54,868 bases of DNA from a virus (taxonomy: Duplodnaviria; Caudoviricetes). Positions 26,654 to 36,943 of this stretch are shown here, one piece after another; the stretch's first letter is position 1, and every line of letters starts with the position of its first letter. The translations under genes were made by a program, and so were the position numbers. The stretch covers positions 1 through 54,868 of the IMG/VR virus record IMGVR_UViG_3300003324_000142, one strand, 5' to 3'. The notes beneath the pieces were generated by a model. It was not told where the DNA came from, searched no databases, and saw only the letters and a program-made list of their open reading frames with translations.

Positions 26654-28951
26654 TCAGGCCAAGTCGGTGATTGAATAAGAGCCCAGCAGCGTTGCGTCCG
26701 TGCCGGTGTACGGCTCGGAGTAGATGCGCGCGGTCCAGCTTCCATCGACGGCAACATCGATCAGCACGTATGCGTCCGATTTACCCGGGAACGAACTTGC
26801 GACCCCGTTCCACATGAGGGGGTCGTAGGTGTCGGGCGGCGGCAGATCAGCCGCATCAAGTGCCAGCCCCGATGAGCGGATCAATGGAATGTTCAGCTTG
26901 CCGGTGCCACCCTCCTGCGCATCCACCCAGCCGCCGTCGTCGACCCCGCAATAGTGAATATCGCCATCGATCAGAGTCAGCGGCGGAAGCCCGGCGGTTC
27001 CGGAAATGAAGTTCGCCAGTTCGTGGATGTCGGGATAGCCGCCCCAATTCTCGAACCGCTCGGTCGAGATAATGAACACGTAGTCGAGGCCTGCCGTCCC
27101 CGCCTGGGTAAGCCGCTCCTCCAACCACGCCATCTGGGCCGCCCCAAGCATCGTCTTGTTCGGATCGGTGGCCTTGCGATAGCTCGTGCAATCGAGCAGC
27201 ATGAACCGTACGCTGCCGATGTTGATCTCTTGAGCGAGACCGCCATCATCGAATGCGAGAGGGTAGAACGGGAACGTCTCTTTCGCCGCGCGCTGACTGT
27301 TGCCGAGGACGATGGGCCATGTGGTGCCGTCAAATGTGCTGACATCCTTCGACGGAGGACCGCTATCGTGGTTGTCGAACATGTAGGCCATCGGAACGGT
27401 CTTGAGCATCTCGGCAACGACCGCGCCCGAGCGCCAATCTCTAACATTCGCGGCGCGCTGCAACCGAATGTCGTCGGTATCAATATTGCTGTAATCGATA
27501 TCGCCGATGTGGAAAAACAGCAGCGGGCTGGCCGCCGCTATCGATGCGAACGCCGGATAATCGGTCTTGTCCTCGCGCGGATTGCAGCAGCCTACCGCAA
27601 TCGTAAATGCGGCTGGCGCACTAGCCGCCGGGAAGGTGCGCAGCGAGCGCGCATCGCCAGCGACGCCATCCACCACTAACCTGTAGTAATAAGGCGTATC
27701 CGGCCGCAGGTCTTCTGCCGCGATCTTGACCGAACGATAATCGGCATTGGCGGACTTTGCCGTCCGATACGGCCGAACCGGCGGCGAGATGTACGTGCGA
27801 TCGGTGAACGCCTCGTCCGTGGCAACCTCAAGCTCCGTGACGCCTTCGCCAGCCGACTGAATGTCGGCCGCGACAATGAACGACTTGTCGGTCACTGCAC
27901 CAGAAATGACTCCCGTCGCCATCGCGTTCGCGTCCGAGCCGGGCGTGTCGAAGATCGATCCCTCGACGACAGCGAAGTCGTTCGTGACCTGATACAGGAT
28001 GAAGCCCTGATCGGTTTCGATCGAGACTTGGTAATCATCGCTCTCGGGTAGGGTCTCTTGCAGCACCTTCGTCTGAGCCGCGAGGCTGTTCGGGTTGCTC
28101 AGGACTGTGAATGCGATTGAAGGCGTCGTGACCGATGACGAATAGCTGACGGTCTCGCCAATACCCGGATCGACATAGTTGACGCTGCCGGGGCCGCCCG
28201 ATGCCAGATAGAGCAGGTTCCCACCGCCCGCGACCCGCTTGTAGAACACGCGGTCTCCGGTCCGCAGGTAGATATTGGAAGCACTGTAATCGACCGTGTT
28301 GACGCCAGCCGCATCGGCGGTGAAATCGTGCTCCTCTCTCAGAACGTCATCGGCACCGACGATCTGGATTTTGCCGGGGCCAGCAGCGGTAAGGCGAACG
28401 CTGACTTGTTTGAGGAAGCCCTGAGTTACAACCGCTAGCGTGCTTCCGAACGCAACAGTGGTGGCGGTTCCGTAGTTGCTATCGGCTCCATCGGTGTCGC
28501 CGATGACGGTCTCGGCAAGTCCGCTAGCGTACGGCCCTACCCCTGTGTTGAGATAGGCGCTTTTGAACGTGTTCTTTGCCTCGTTCGCAAATGCCGCCGC
28601 CTCGTCCACCAATGGCTGCACGACCGATGACACCCCTTGGTAGAAACCTTCCGCGATCCGAGGAGCCCCATCCACATATTCGTAAACCCCATTGGCGGGG
28701 TCATCCGAGGCGCCGTTGTTGTTGTTGACGTAGACGAGCTTCCCTTGATTGGCTTCGTCGGCGTAGAAAGCATCACGCGCGGCGGTGTCAGCGACGATCG
28801 TAATATTAGCCGCAGCAGCGGCTTGAGCAATGATCGCGGCAGCATACAATTCAGCGAAAGCCGAAATCACCCCATCGCGATCGGGTTCATAATCCTGCGA
28901 CGGCGGACTACCGTAAAGCGCCGTCCGAAGAATATCAATCGCGCTCATCAA
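26654..28951 (-). CDS. tail fibre/spike with a C-terminal PhoD-like metallophosphoesterase
   Basis: Fn3-like LRPDTPYYYRL, then GCC, HIGDIDY, FDNHD, LLDC.SYR, MLG..Q..WL, GDIH. Confidence 0.75.
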   Translation of the reverse strand: MMSAIDILRTALYGSPPSQDYEPDRDGVISAFAELYAAAIIAQAAAAANITIVADTAARDAFYADEANQGKLVYVNNNNGASDDPANGVYEYVDGAPRIAEGFYQGVSSVVQPLVDEAAAFANEAKNTFKSAYLNTGVGPYASGLAETVIGDTDGADSNYGTATTVAFGSTLAVVTQGFLKQVSVRLTAAGPGKIQIVGADDVLREEHDFTADAAGVNTVDYSASNIYLRTGDRVFYKRVAGGGNLLYLASGGPGSVNYVDPGIGETVSYSSSVTTPSIAFTVLSNPNSLAAQTKVLQETLPESDDYQVSIETDQGFILYQVTNDFAVVEGSIFDTPGSDANAMATGVISGAVTDKSFIVAADIQSAGEGVTELEVATDEAFTDRTYISPPVRPYRTAKSANADYRSVKIAAEDLRPDTPYYYRLVVDGVAGDARSLRTFPAASAPAAFTIAVGCCNPREDKTDYPAFASIAAASPLLFFHIGDIDYSNIDTDDIRLQRAANVRDWRSGAVVAEMLKTVPMAYMFDNHDSGPPSKDVSTFDGTTWPIVLGNSQRAAKETFPFYPLAFDDGGLAQEINIGSVRFMLLDCTSYRKATDPNKTMLGAAQMAWLEERLTQAGTAGLDYVFIISTERFENWGGYPDIHELANFISGTAGLPPLTLIDGDIHYCGVDDGGWVDAQEGGTGKLNIPLIRSSGLALDAADLPPPDTYDPLMWNGVASSFPGKSDAYVLIDVAVDGSWTARIYSEPYTGTDATLLGSYSITDLA

Positions 28952-31564
28952 TCAAACTCCCGGTTCGGTCATCTTAGCGTTGTGCGACAGAACGCCAGCG
29001 CTGATATATGTATGAGCATCGGACACGGTAATTTTTGCCACGCGCGCAACCCCATCCTCTTGCCCCATAGTATCCATTCGGACCCAACCGTCAATCCAGA
29101 ACCGGTGCGCCGCCGTGGTCCGGGGATAACCCTCGGCTCGATAGACGATCTCGTCGTCATGGAACGAAATGGCTTCGACCTGATAGGCGCCCCACCGCAT
29201 CGTGATTTCGTGCTGCGTCCACACCCAATCACCGACCCGAACGTCTGCTGCGGGCTTGGTCAATCCTGGCCCGCTGCGATCGTAATTCGCCATCAAGATC
29301 GGCGTGTCATCGGTCGGACATTGCCCGCCCGGAATGCCGCCGCCACCGCCGCCACCCGATCCGGTCGTGGGGACGCTGAAATAGCCGACGTAATGCCGCC
29401 CCGGATGGGCCGGCCCGACATGTGCGTCGTTGTCATCTTCATATAGGTTATACGTCACCGCACCACCGAGACGATCAGGATCGTCGTAGCCGATCGATCG
29501 GGTATCGCCAGCAGCAAGACCGGTCGCGATTGACGCCCCTGTGACGGACACGTCAGGATGTTCATCGGCATAACGACGTGTGTGATCATCGATTGTCAGA
29601 GTGCCGTCCGATCCGATGGTGACGACCTGAACACCGGCCGCAACCTCGACGATCCAACTATTATAAATCGCTTGCGCCGCACTGCCCTCGACAGCATTGA
29701 CCAGATAAGGCGGATCGTACCAATTGGATGGGGTGCCGCCGCTCGATACAGACCGCCAACGGACCAATTGCGGGACACTTTTATCGACTGACCCGCTGTA
29801 GGCGAACAGCTTGTCCATATCGACGTTCATTCGCGACCATCGGTCCGTTGCATCATCATTCCATTCGGACTGCGCGATGTATTGAAATTCGTATCGCACA
29901 TCCTCGCGAAAGGGCGTGTCGAACCGTGCTTCGATGCGATTGTTGTTGTATTCGATGACAACACCGGTTGGTAGCGACGGCGTAAATTCACTTTCAGTCG
30001 TTGCCGAATTGGGTTTCGGTTTTTCTTCACCCGGCAACAAGTTGAACCGATTTTCGTCCATCGGGACCATGCCGAGGGAACAGAAAAAACCACTTTCGTC
30101 TACCTCAACAGGGGTTACGATTTCATAATCGCCGGCAAAGGTGTTGTCGTAGTTGATGTTGACGATGCGCTCCTGCATCGCACGCAATCCCCGCAGACCA
30201 ACGGTCGGGGCAATCTTCTGGATCGGCTGCGACCGCATTCCGATGGATTTGGCGAGCCGCATTGCTTGGTTGTGGTTGTAGCACGTTGGGATGTCGACGG
30301 TCAGGAATGTATTGCCCTGTCCCGGATCATAATAGTTCGGATTGTACCAAGGCGCCGAAGGTTGCAGCGTGAAATTCGCATTGTGGTCGATATAGCGAAC
30401 GATCACACCCTGCGTTTCGCTTTCGCCATTTTGCGCTTCGACCGACTCCATCGTGATGATGTCACGGTTCGCTGACAAAACCAACGTCGGTGTTTCATAG
30501 TATCCGACACGCAACCATGTCTTGCCATCGTCGTTGAACACCAACTGACCATCACACGCCGTCATAATCTGTGTTTCGATGCTTGCCCGATCAACATTGT
30601 CCTGTGCTGCAATTGCGCACTCGTAGCGCGGTTGCATCGATTCGATGCCGGTGATGTTCTGATCGCAAATGTCGGCTTGCTCAGCGACGCGATCCCAATC
30701 GATATCGCTTTCAGGCTTTTTGCGACCGTAAGGATGCGTCCGCCACCATGCCCATATCAATTCATTGTTGCGGGACGGTTTGTATGTCGTGCGATCACCT
30801 AACACTTGATCTGGATCACGCGGATCGTACATGTTGGACCAGTCGGCAAGCAAAGCGACGTTCGGCTCACCGAGCCCGAGCGTTCCCCGCCAGCGATAGA
30901 CCTTGTACCGATCTTCGATCTTGATCGCCGCGCCGCGGATCACGCTGTATGTCGTGCCGACAAGCATGTGGGAAAGCGTGTCCCATTTTGTCGGAAACGC
31001 TGCCGCCAATTCGGATGCGCCAGTCGGGATCGGATTGGACTCGCTGTAGGTATGCGTCCAAACCTTGAAATAGCGTTTACCTTCGTCGGTGAATGCGGCG
31101 GTGGTCACATCGTTTCCGCTCAACGTCACCGGAATCGTATCGAGATAGACTTGCGGTGCGCCGGTCATAATGCTGTCGCAATGAACCACCAGATACCACA
31201 GGTTGCCGGCGCTATCGAACTCAGCGAACAGCACACCGCCGCCTTGCAACACCAGACCCGCATTGATCCAGCGGATTGGTTCTTCCTGTCGGACGTTGAT
31301 TTTTGCGGCGGTGATGTCTGACTTGGGTTTGAACAGCGCGCTGCTGATCAGGGAACCGGTGAGCGTGATTGCGACGGACCCTATGGCGATGATGAGGGAC
31401 GTTGCGGCTGCGGCGCTAATGCCGAGGGTGCCGGCTAAGGCAGCGCCGAGCCCCGGCGCGTAAATATTCAACGCCACGATCGCGCCGATCTCGACCACCG
31501 CCAGCAGAATTTTGCCAACCTTGCCGTAGCCATTCACCGGCCGATTGATCAGTCGTGCGCGCAT
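28952..31564 (-). CDS. tail tip/central fibre protein with a C-terminal Hint domain
   Basis: Position after the NlpC-like gene. YDPRD...N..L motif typical of tail tip proteins. C-terminal C...TAAHRF...HTYISAGVLSHN. Confidence 0.8.
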   Translation of the reverse strand: MRARLINRPVNGYGKVGKILLAVVEIGAIVALNIYAPGLGAALAGTLGISAAAATSLIIAIGSVAITLTGSLISSALFKPKSDITAAKINVRQEEPIRWINAGLVLQGGGVLFAEFDSAGNLWYLVVHCDSIMTGAPQVYLDTIPVTLSGNDVTTAAFTDEGKRYFKVWTHTYSESNPIPTGASELAAAFPTKWDTLSHMLVGTTYSVIRGAAIKIEDRYKVYRWRGTLGLGEPNVALLADWSNMYDPRDPDQVLGDRTTYKPSRNNELIWAWWRTHPYGRKKPESDIDWDRVAEQADICDQNITGIESMQPRYECAIAAQDNVDRASIETQIMTACDGQLVFNDDGKTWLRVGYYETPTLVLSANRDIITMESVEAQNGESETQGVIVRYIDHNANFTLQPSAPWYNPNYYDPGQGNTFLTVDIPTCYNHNQAMRLAKSIGMRSQPIQKIAPTVGLRGLRAMQERIVNINYDNTFAGDYEIVTPVEVDESGFFCSLGMVPMDENRFNLLPGEEKPKPNSATTESEFTPSLPTGVVIEYNNNRIEARFDTPFREDVRYEFQYIAQSEWNDDATDRWSRMNVDMDKLFAYSGSVDKSVPQLVRWRSVSSGGTPSNWYDPPYLVNAVEGSAAQAIYNSWIVEVAAGVQVVTIGSDGTLTIDDHTRRYADEHPDVSVTGASIATGLAAGDTRSIGYDDPDRLGGAVTYNLYEDDNDAHVGPAHPGRHYVGYFSVPTTGSGGGGGGGIPGGQCPTDDTPILMANYDRSGPGLTKPAADVRVGDWVWTQHEITMRWGAYQVEAISFHDDEIVYRAEGYPRTTAAHRFWIDGWVRMDTMGQEDGVARVAKITVSDAHTYISAGVLSHNAKMTEPGV

Positions 31565-31938
31565 CACACCTTCCAGGCTGCGGTGGGAGTGACAAACCGC
31601 TTGTTCAACTCGACGACACCCCGCTCAAGCCGTAGCGCAAACATGTCGCCGGTGCAAAGCGCGCCGATCCCCTGAATGACGACCACATCGCCCCGCTGCG
31701 GCTCACCTGACGCCCTTGGCGCGCCTGTCAGGTCGATCAGCCCCTCTGCACCGCCGTTCGCGTCCATATGAGCCTGTGCGCCAGATTCGGTGTCATAGGT
31801 GCCCCGGAACTGAACCGCCACGTCGCGATAGCCCGCCTGTGCCAGATAATCGCCGATGGACAGCAGGCAATCCGACGACCCCCATACATGCCCACCCCGC
31901 CGCCATACGCGCAGCGTCTGTTCGACCAGATCGGTCAT
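31564..31938 (-). CDS. tail assembly protein, NlpC/P60-like
   Basis: WGSSDCLL...FRGTY...RGDVV. Confidence 0.7.
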   Translation of the reverse strand: MTDLVEQTLRVWRRGGHVWGSSDCLLSIGDYLAQAGYRDVAVQFRGTYDTESGAQAHMDANGGAEGLIDLTGAPRASGEPQRGDVVVIQGIGALCTGDMFALRLERGVVELNKRFVTPTAAWKV

Positions 31939-32600
31939 GGGACTTGGTAGGTCCGGTTGGCGAGCGCAGCGACGTATTCGCAGCCTTTATCGACTTGATC
32001 GGTCACGCCCATCTGCCGCGCGTATTCACGCTGCGTGGTGTCGTTGTAGGTTCGGTTTGGTGTGTTCGCACGCCCAAAATTGGCGTCTTTGGCAGCGATC
32101 GTCACCTTGTAGGATTTGACCAGAACACCGTTGGGGTCGACTGTCATACCTTCCGAGAATTTCGGGCTGCGCATCACCAATTGTTTGAAAAACCTGATCG
32201 GTATCGATGGTCGCAGACCTTCACCGTCTTTGAATATCACAAGAAAACACGTCAACGACCGCCCTGCAACGCGCCACTGATCCGCTTTCAGCGCTCGATA
32301 TAATTCACCGCTCGATTCGCCTGGTATGTCAGGGATCGTCATACTGAATTGGTATGAGGGACTTGAACCGTCACGACCATCTTGCAAACGTGGCGTCACA
32401 TGGATGTCTTGATTAGCGTCGTTGATCGTACCGAGCCATTCCTGACCGTCTGCGGTGAATAGACGACCCTTGCCTTGCCACATGCGCGTCGGGTAGCCGT
32501 CGAAATCATAAAACCACAACCGTCGACAGATCACGCGAATATCCGAAAGGACAGCCGCATCACCGAGATATTCCTCAAGCAGATCGTCGAATGGGCTCAT
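31935..32600 (-). CDS. minor tail protein
   Basis: Synteny. RMWQGKG...GQEWLG motif. Confidence 0.7.
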   Translation of the reverse strand: MSPFDDLLEEYLGDAAVLSDIRVICRRLWFYDFDGYPTRMWQGKGRLFTADGQEWLGTINDANQDIHVTPRLQDGRDGSSPSYQFSMTIPDIPGESSGELYRALKADQWRVAGRSLTCFLVIFKDGEGLRPSIPIRFFKQLVMRSPKFSEGMTVDPNGVLVKSYKVTIAAKDANFGRANTPNRTYNDTTQREYARQMGVTDQVDKGCEYVAALANRTYQVP

Positions 32601-33256
32601 ACGATCGACTCGGAAAAAATGATTTTGCCGGGTTGGATCGCACCGACATTTTCAGCATCGTAAGTCGTTCGCACGTCTGCGATATTGCTGATCGTCCCGG
32701 TGAAAAACGGGCGATAATAGGCAGGGTCGCCGATTTCGATGTTCTTACGCAACGGCGGCTTGACAACCATTGTTGCAATTTGCGTGTCGTCGTCGAATGA
32801 AACCTCATCGATTTTGTATGTCGTACCGCTATGACCAATGACATGACCGGGACGTGCGACATCGCCGTATCCCGTCATGTTGACCTTGATCGTCGTCTCG
32901 CCTTCCTGAGCCGTAGCGGAATAGAACGCGGTGACATCGCCAGCCCACGGCACATCACCGGCCCAAAGTACGCCGCCGTCCCATGCGACCGGTCGGGATC
33001 GCGCGCTCAAAACCTGTGGGGTCGGCGCCAATCGGACGCGGAAGATTTCACCGTTGCCCTTCGACATCAGCCAACTCGACAGCGGAAATTCCCATTCGCG
33101 TACCTGTAACGCGATCTGCAATTCCAACACGGATCGCCCACCCGGTTCGGGTGAAATGATCCGCACAGCGCCGGCCGTATAGCCGCCCTCAACAGCGGCA
33201 CCCGGTACATGAAACAACTGCTTACTGACCGGCACGGTGGGAAAATTATAGATCAT
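32597..33256 (-). CDS. distal tail protein-like
   Basis: Directly after the tape measure gene. PPLR motif. Confidence 0.65.
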   Translation of the reverse strand: MIYNFPTVPVSKQLFHVPGAAVEGGYTAGAVRIISPEPGGRSVLELQIALQVREWEFPLSSWLMSKGNGEIFRVRLAPTPQVLSARSRPVAWDGGVLWAGDVPWAGDVTAFYSATAQEGETTIKVNMTGYGDVARPGHVIGHSGTTYKIDEVSFDDDTQIATMVVKPPLRKNIEIGDPAYYRPFFTGTISNIADVRTTYDAENVGAIQPGKIIFSESIV

Positions 33257-35781
33257 CAGACGACAGCCCCGCTCGTTTGATATTCGGCAATAATGCCGGG
33301 GATCGAGCGACGCAAATCATCCTTCGTCTGTTCCGCGGACTGACGGATCGATTGCGCCACATCGACGCTGCTGATCGCCCCGCTGATCGCGAACGTCTGG
33401 TTGATGCTGATCACCGGTGCCGGCATCGAACCAGCCCCGCCGTGAACCTGGACGCCAAGCGAGCCGTCGCGACCACGCTTGAGCGGCATGATCGCTTCCG
33501 GTCCCGCTTCGCCCATCAGACCGGTCCCCTTGGCGAATTTAAACAGCGTCGGCGTGGTCACAATGTCACGACCGTCGAACACATTGCCCTTGGCGTTCGC
33601 AGTCGGTTTGCCGCCGAACAAGCCGGCAACCGCCTTAATGAAGCCGCCTGCGCCGATGCCGTTCTTGCCGCCGTCGATCGCCGAATCGATCGCCAGATCG
33701 GTCAACTTGTCGATGACCTTGTTCAGCACGTTGAGGACGCTGTTGCCGAATGCGTTGAAAAATCCTTTGCCCTGTTCGAGCCCGTTCCGCAGATCGGACA
33801 CGAAGCCCTTCACACCGCTGCGAACGAAATCGAGCGCGTCCTTCATCTGCCGAACCGCTTCGGTGATGTGGTTGGTGCGAATTTCGCCTTCGGCAAGCGC
33901 ATGTGCCATCTGCTGCAATTGCGCGATCTGTTCCGGTGTAGCATTGATGAGGCGGGACAATTGGTCGCCGTACCACATTGTCTCATATTTGTAGCGCGAC
34001 ATCTCGTCGGCGGTCATGCCGATTTGGTTCTGCGCGTCTCGCATCGCTACCATCTGCTTTGCAAAATCGTCGCCGATCGACTTGAACGTCTTGGCATCCT
34101 CGAACACCACATCCGCGTGCGCCATTCGAGCCGCCAGATCATCGATAGCACGCGCATATTCCTTGGTGATCGGAATGCCCGCCTGCGTGGCTGCGTTCGT
34201 CAGATCGGTTGCGTGCTTGAGTTTCAGTGCCGCTTCGGTCGCAAGATTCAATCCGGCAGTATCGGCCTGCTTGGACGTGATGTAACGTTCGCCACCCGCA
34301 AGGATGTCGGCGAATTTCTCCGCTGGTGTCTTGGGTGTGCGTGGATGCGCCGTGCGGGTCTTTTTCAGTTTCTCATCGGTCTTGCCGAGCCCGTCCGCAA
34401 TGGACCGCAACTTGTCGCCGAGTTTGCTGGCCTGATCGCTCACCCATGTCACAGCCTTAGTGAAATACTGCCCGTTGATCCCCTTGGCGATTTCATCACT
34501 GGCGATCGCGTTCAAATTGTCTGCCGCGCCAGCGTTAGGATTCGCGAGAGGATGATAGGACATCTTGCCGATCAGGTTCGGATCACCGCCACCGAGCCAT
34601 TTGGGGATGGCGGCATTCAAACGATTGATCTTCTCGATCCCGCTGTTCACCAGGTCCGTCATCGCGCGGTCGACCTGATTGGCGGTTTGGATCACCGCAT
34701 CGCCGATTGCCGCAGGCAACAGACGCCATGTTTTCTTGACTGCGTTGAAGCCGCCGACGAAGAAACCGACGATGTAGTTCATGCCCTTTTCGGCTGCACC
34801 CACGATGTCGACGCCGATTGCCTTGGTCAGATCGTCACGAAACGCTACCGCACCCGCGACAACCGCAAGCAGACCGGCAATCAGAATCGCAGGCAAGCCG
34901 ATCGCCGCCGTCATCGACGCGACGAGCCCCCACATCGCCTTCGTCAGCGTGACGACACCGGACGCGATGGTCGGCAGATTCCACAGGAGCATCGCCGCGC
35001 CGAACGCCGCCACATAGGGTCCAGCAGCCTCAAGAACGTCCGCCATACCGCGTAGAGCCGCCTGGCCCACCTTGACCCAATCGACCATCTGCAACAGCGC
35101 TGCAACGAGCCCGACGATGCCGATGGTGAGCAAGGATGTCGGGCTCAGCAGATTGGCAAACGCAGCGCCGAGATTTTTCAGCCCGCCGCCTGCGAACGCC
35201 GCGGACAATTGCGTTCCCTGCTGCAACGCAATGAGCATCGGCGACATGCCGGCTGCGGCGGTGACGCCGATGTCCTGAAACTGCGCGGCGATGTTCCCCG
35301 GCGTGGCCTGCAAACGATTGATGTTGTCGTTCGCGGCTGCGCCGAGGCGATCGAGCGACGATTTGGCCCCGTTCACCACCTTCGGCAAAGACGCCAGATG
35401 TTGCTGGTAGGCAATGACGTGAGCATCGGCCTGCTGCATTGCACGCCCAAGATTGAACGCTGACCCGCTGAGCCCGGTCATGCCCGATGCCGCAGCCACA
35501 GCCGCACGCTGCACGGTGCCCATTGCCGTGCTGGCATTGAGCGCCGCCTTGGTCGCTCCGTTACTCCCGGTCGCGGCCTGGCTCGCAGCATTGGCGAACG
35601 ACTGAATGCCGGTCGCAGCACCGCTTCCGGACCGGGTGATACCCGCAGCAGCCGTGTTGAACGCCTTGGTCGCATTCTCGGCCCGCTTGGCTGCGGGGAC
35701 CAGTTTGTCGAGCGCCGCTTCGCCCGCCTCAAGCTGCGACGTATCGACGGCAAACCCGAGGCGAGCCAGATCGTTCGACAT
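33256..35781 (-). CDS. tape measure protein
   Basis: Ala-rich helical. AAQFQDIGV...ALQQGTQL. C-terminal ANAKGNVF...MGEAGPEAIMPL. Confidence 0.92.
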   Translation of the reverse strand: MSNDLARLGFAVDTSQLEAGEAALDKLVPAAKRAENATKAFNTAAAGITRSGSGAATGIQSFANAASQAATGSNGATKAALNASTAMGTVQRAAVAAASGMTGLSGSAFNLGRAMQQADAHVIAYQQHLASLPKVVNGAKSSLDRLGAAANDNINRLQATPGNIAAQFQDIGVTAAAGMSPMLIALQQGTQLSAAFAGGGLKNLGAAFANLLSPTSLLTIGIVGLVAALLQMVDWVKVGQAALRGMADVLEAAGPYVAAFGAAMLLWNLPTIASGVVTLTKAMWGLVASMTAAIGLPAILIAGLLAVVAGAVAFRDDLTKAIGVDIVGAAEKGMNYIVGFFVGGFNAVKKTWRLLPAAIGDAVIQTANQVDRAMTDLVNSGIEKINRLNAAIPKWLGGGDPNLIGKMSYHPLANPNAGAADNLNAIASDEIAKGINGQYFTKAVTWVSDQASKLGDKLRSIADGLGKTDEKLKKTRTAHPRTPKTPAEKFADILAGGERYITSKQADTAGLNLATEAALKLKHATDLTNAATQAGIPITKEYARAIDDLAARMAHADVVFEDAKTFKSIGDDFAKQMVAMRDAQNQIGMTADEMSRYKYETMWYGDQLSRLINATPEQIAQLQQMAHALAEGEIRTNHITEAVRQMKDALDFVRSGVKGFVSDLRNGLEQGKGFFNAFGNSVLNVLNKVIDKLTDLAIDSAIDGGKNGIGAGGFIKAVAGLFGGKPTANAKGNVFDGRDIVTTPTLFKFAKGTGLMGEAGPEAIMPLKRGRDGSLGVQVHGGAGSMPAPVISINQTFAISGAISSVDVAQSIRQSAEQTKDDLRRSIPGIIAEYQTSGAVV

Positions 35782-36182
35782 TACGGCTTATCCTCCATCG
35801 CCCGACCGGCTTCGATCTCAACCGTCACGCCCGCGCAATATGCACGGTCCATCGCCGCGAGGATAGCAAATTCCCACGGATAGACAATATCGCCGGTCAA
35901 CTGCGACCAGGCCAGCCATTCGGACGGTGGAATGCGGTTACACACGCTGTCGGCGACACGACTGATCCGCTCGTCGCATTCAAAGTACCATTGCCAGATG
36001 TAATCGCCGGCTTCCGGTATGTCGATGGGCGGTGATGGGTGTCCGAACCGCCCGTTGTATTCACGACGAGTCAGATAGACCTCTTTCCCGTCGTCACCCT
36101 TGACCTTTCGTGTCGCTGTTTCGTACCGCGCGTATGTCGCTATCGCATCGACTAACTCCGACTGGATTTGCTGAAAAAACCC
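35781..36182 (-). CDS. tail assembly chaperone, -1 frameshift extension (gpGT-like)
   Basis: Frame entered through G GGT TTT at 36182-36176. No convincing independent start. Confidence 0.75.
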   Translation of the reverse strand, partial: GFFQQIQSELVDAIATYARYETATRKVKGDDGKEVYLTRREYNGRFGHPSPPIDIPEAGDYIWQWYFECDERISRVADSVCNRIPPSEWLAWSQLTGDIVYPWEFAILAAMDRAYCAGVTVEIEAGRAMEDKP

Positions 36183-36586
36183 TCGTCGTCCTCGAATACC
36201 TCGCCCATCTGGTTGAGGAACCACGGTAGCGCCGTCGTAACCTCGTTGAAATTTTTCTTGTTGAACTCGGGCACCGATCCGTTGAACGACGGCATCTGAT
36301 CTTCGTCGTAGCCTTCGTCACCCTTCTTGCCGGTCGGATTGTACCATTCCCACCCGGTCGTCGCGGTGAATGCCAGATCGCGCCCGTTTTCTTCTTCCTG
36401 TTCCGCGGTCATGGACTTGCCGCGCTTGGTCAGCCGGATCGCATCGTCACGCAACTTGCGCCGGAAGCGCTTGAGCCGTTCATCCTGAATGCTCACCATC
36501 GACACACGGACGCCGAGCGGCATACCAGTGCCGGGATGCTTGATTTCGATCGTCTGTGCGTCGGGTTTGATCGTCGAAAGGTCCAT
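36152..36586 (-). CDS. tail assembly chaperone (gpG-like)
   Basis: Lies between the major tail and tape measure genes. IKHPGTG.PLG. Ends at the slippery site. Confidence 0.8.
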   Translation of the reverse strand: MDLSTIKPDAQTIEIKHPGTGMPLGVRVSMVSIQDERLKRFRRKLRDDAIRLTKRGKSMTAEQEEENGRDLAFTATTGWEWYNPTGKKGDEGYDEDQMPSFNGSVPEFNKKNFNEVTTALPWFLNQMGEVFEDDEGFFSKSSRS

Positions 36587-36588
36587 TG

Positions 36589-36867
36589 TCACAATTCCTT
36601 CCAATGCGGGTTGAGTCGTTTGAATGATCTGTAGCGAGCATGTTTATATTCGTCACTTTCGTTTGTCGCGTTCCGAAAGTCCGTCAAGATGCACGAACGA
36701 TCATGCGAAACAAGGTTTGCATTCGCAGCCGCTTTGTGAAAATATTCGACAAGTTTGTCGTTTACACCATATGCCGCCATCATATTCGCAGCGTAACTGA
36801 ACGGATATATCTCACCCTCGTCATCACTGATCAGATCGATGAGTTCGTTCACAGTCATCTCGGGCAC
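36589..36867 (-). CDS. hypothetical protein (low-GC insertion in the tail operon)
   Basis: GAGGA RBS, GTG start, lower GC. Confidence 0.55.
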   Translation of the reverse strand: MPEMTVNELIDLISDDEGEIYPFSYAANMMAAYGVNDKLVEYFHKAAANANLVSHDRSCILTDFRNATNESDEYKHARYRSFKRLNPHWKEL

Positions 36868-36884
36868 GGTGTCGTCCTCACAAG

Positions 36885-36917
36885 AAAAAGGGTGCCGACA
36901 TCCTGCGCCAGCACCCC
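36885..36917 (-). terminator. intrinsic terminator after the major tail gene
   Basis: GGGTGCTGGC/GTCGGCACCC stem followed by TTTTT on the minus strand. Confidence 0.7.
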
Positions 36918-36943
36918 AAAACTGTCAACCCGGTAAGATCGGA

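Noticed and set aside
33277-35055. Long plus-strand ORF opposite the tape measure gene, and similar ones at 12357-13799, 41407-42687 and 21332-22573
   Set aside because: These are antisense shadows of well-supported GC-rich genes, with no motifs or RBS.
35752-35781. Tape measure N-terminus MSNDLARLGF as another G-F leader
   Set aside because: It contains an acidic residue and resembles ordinary tape measure N-termini, so it was not counted.
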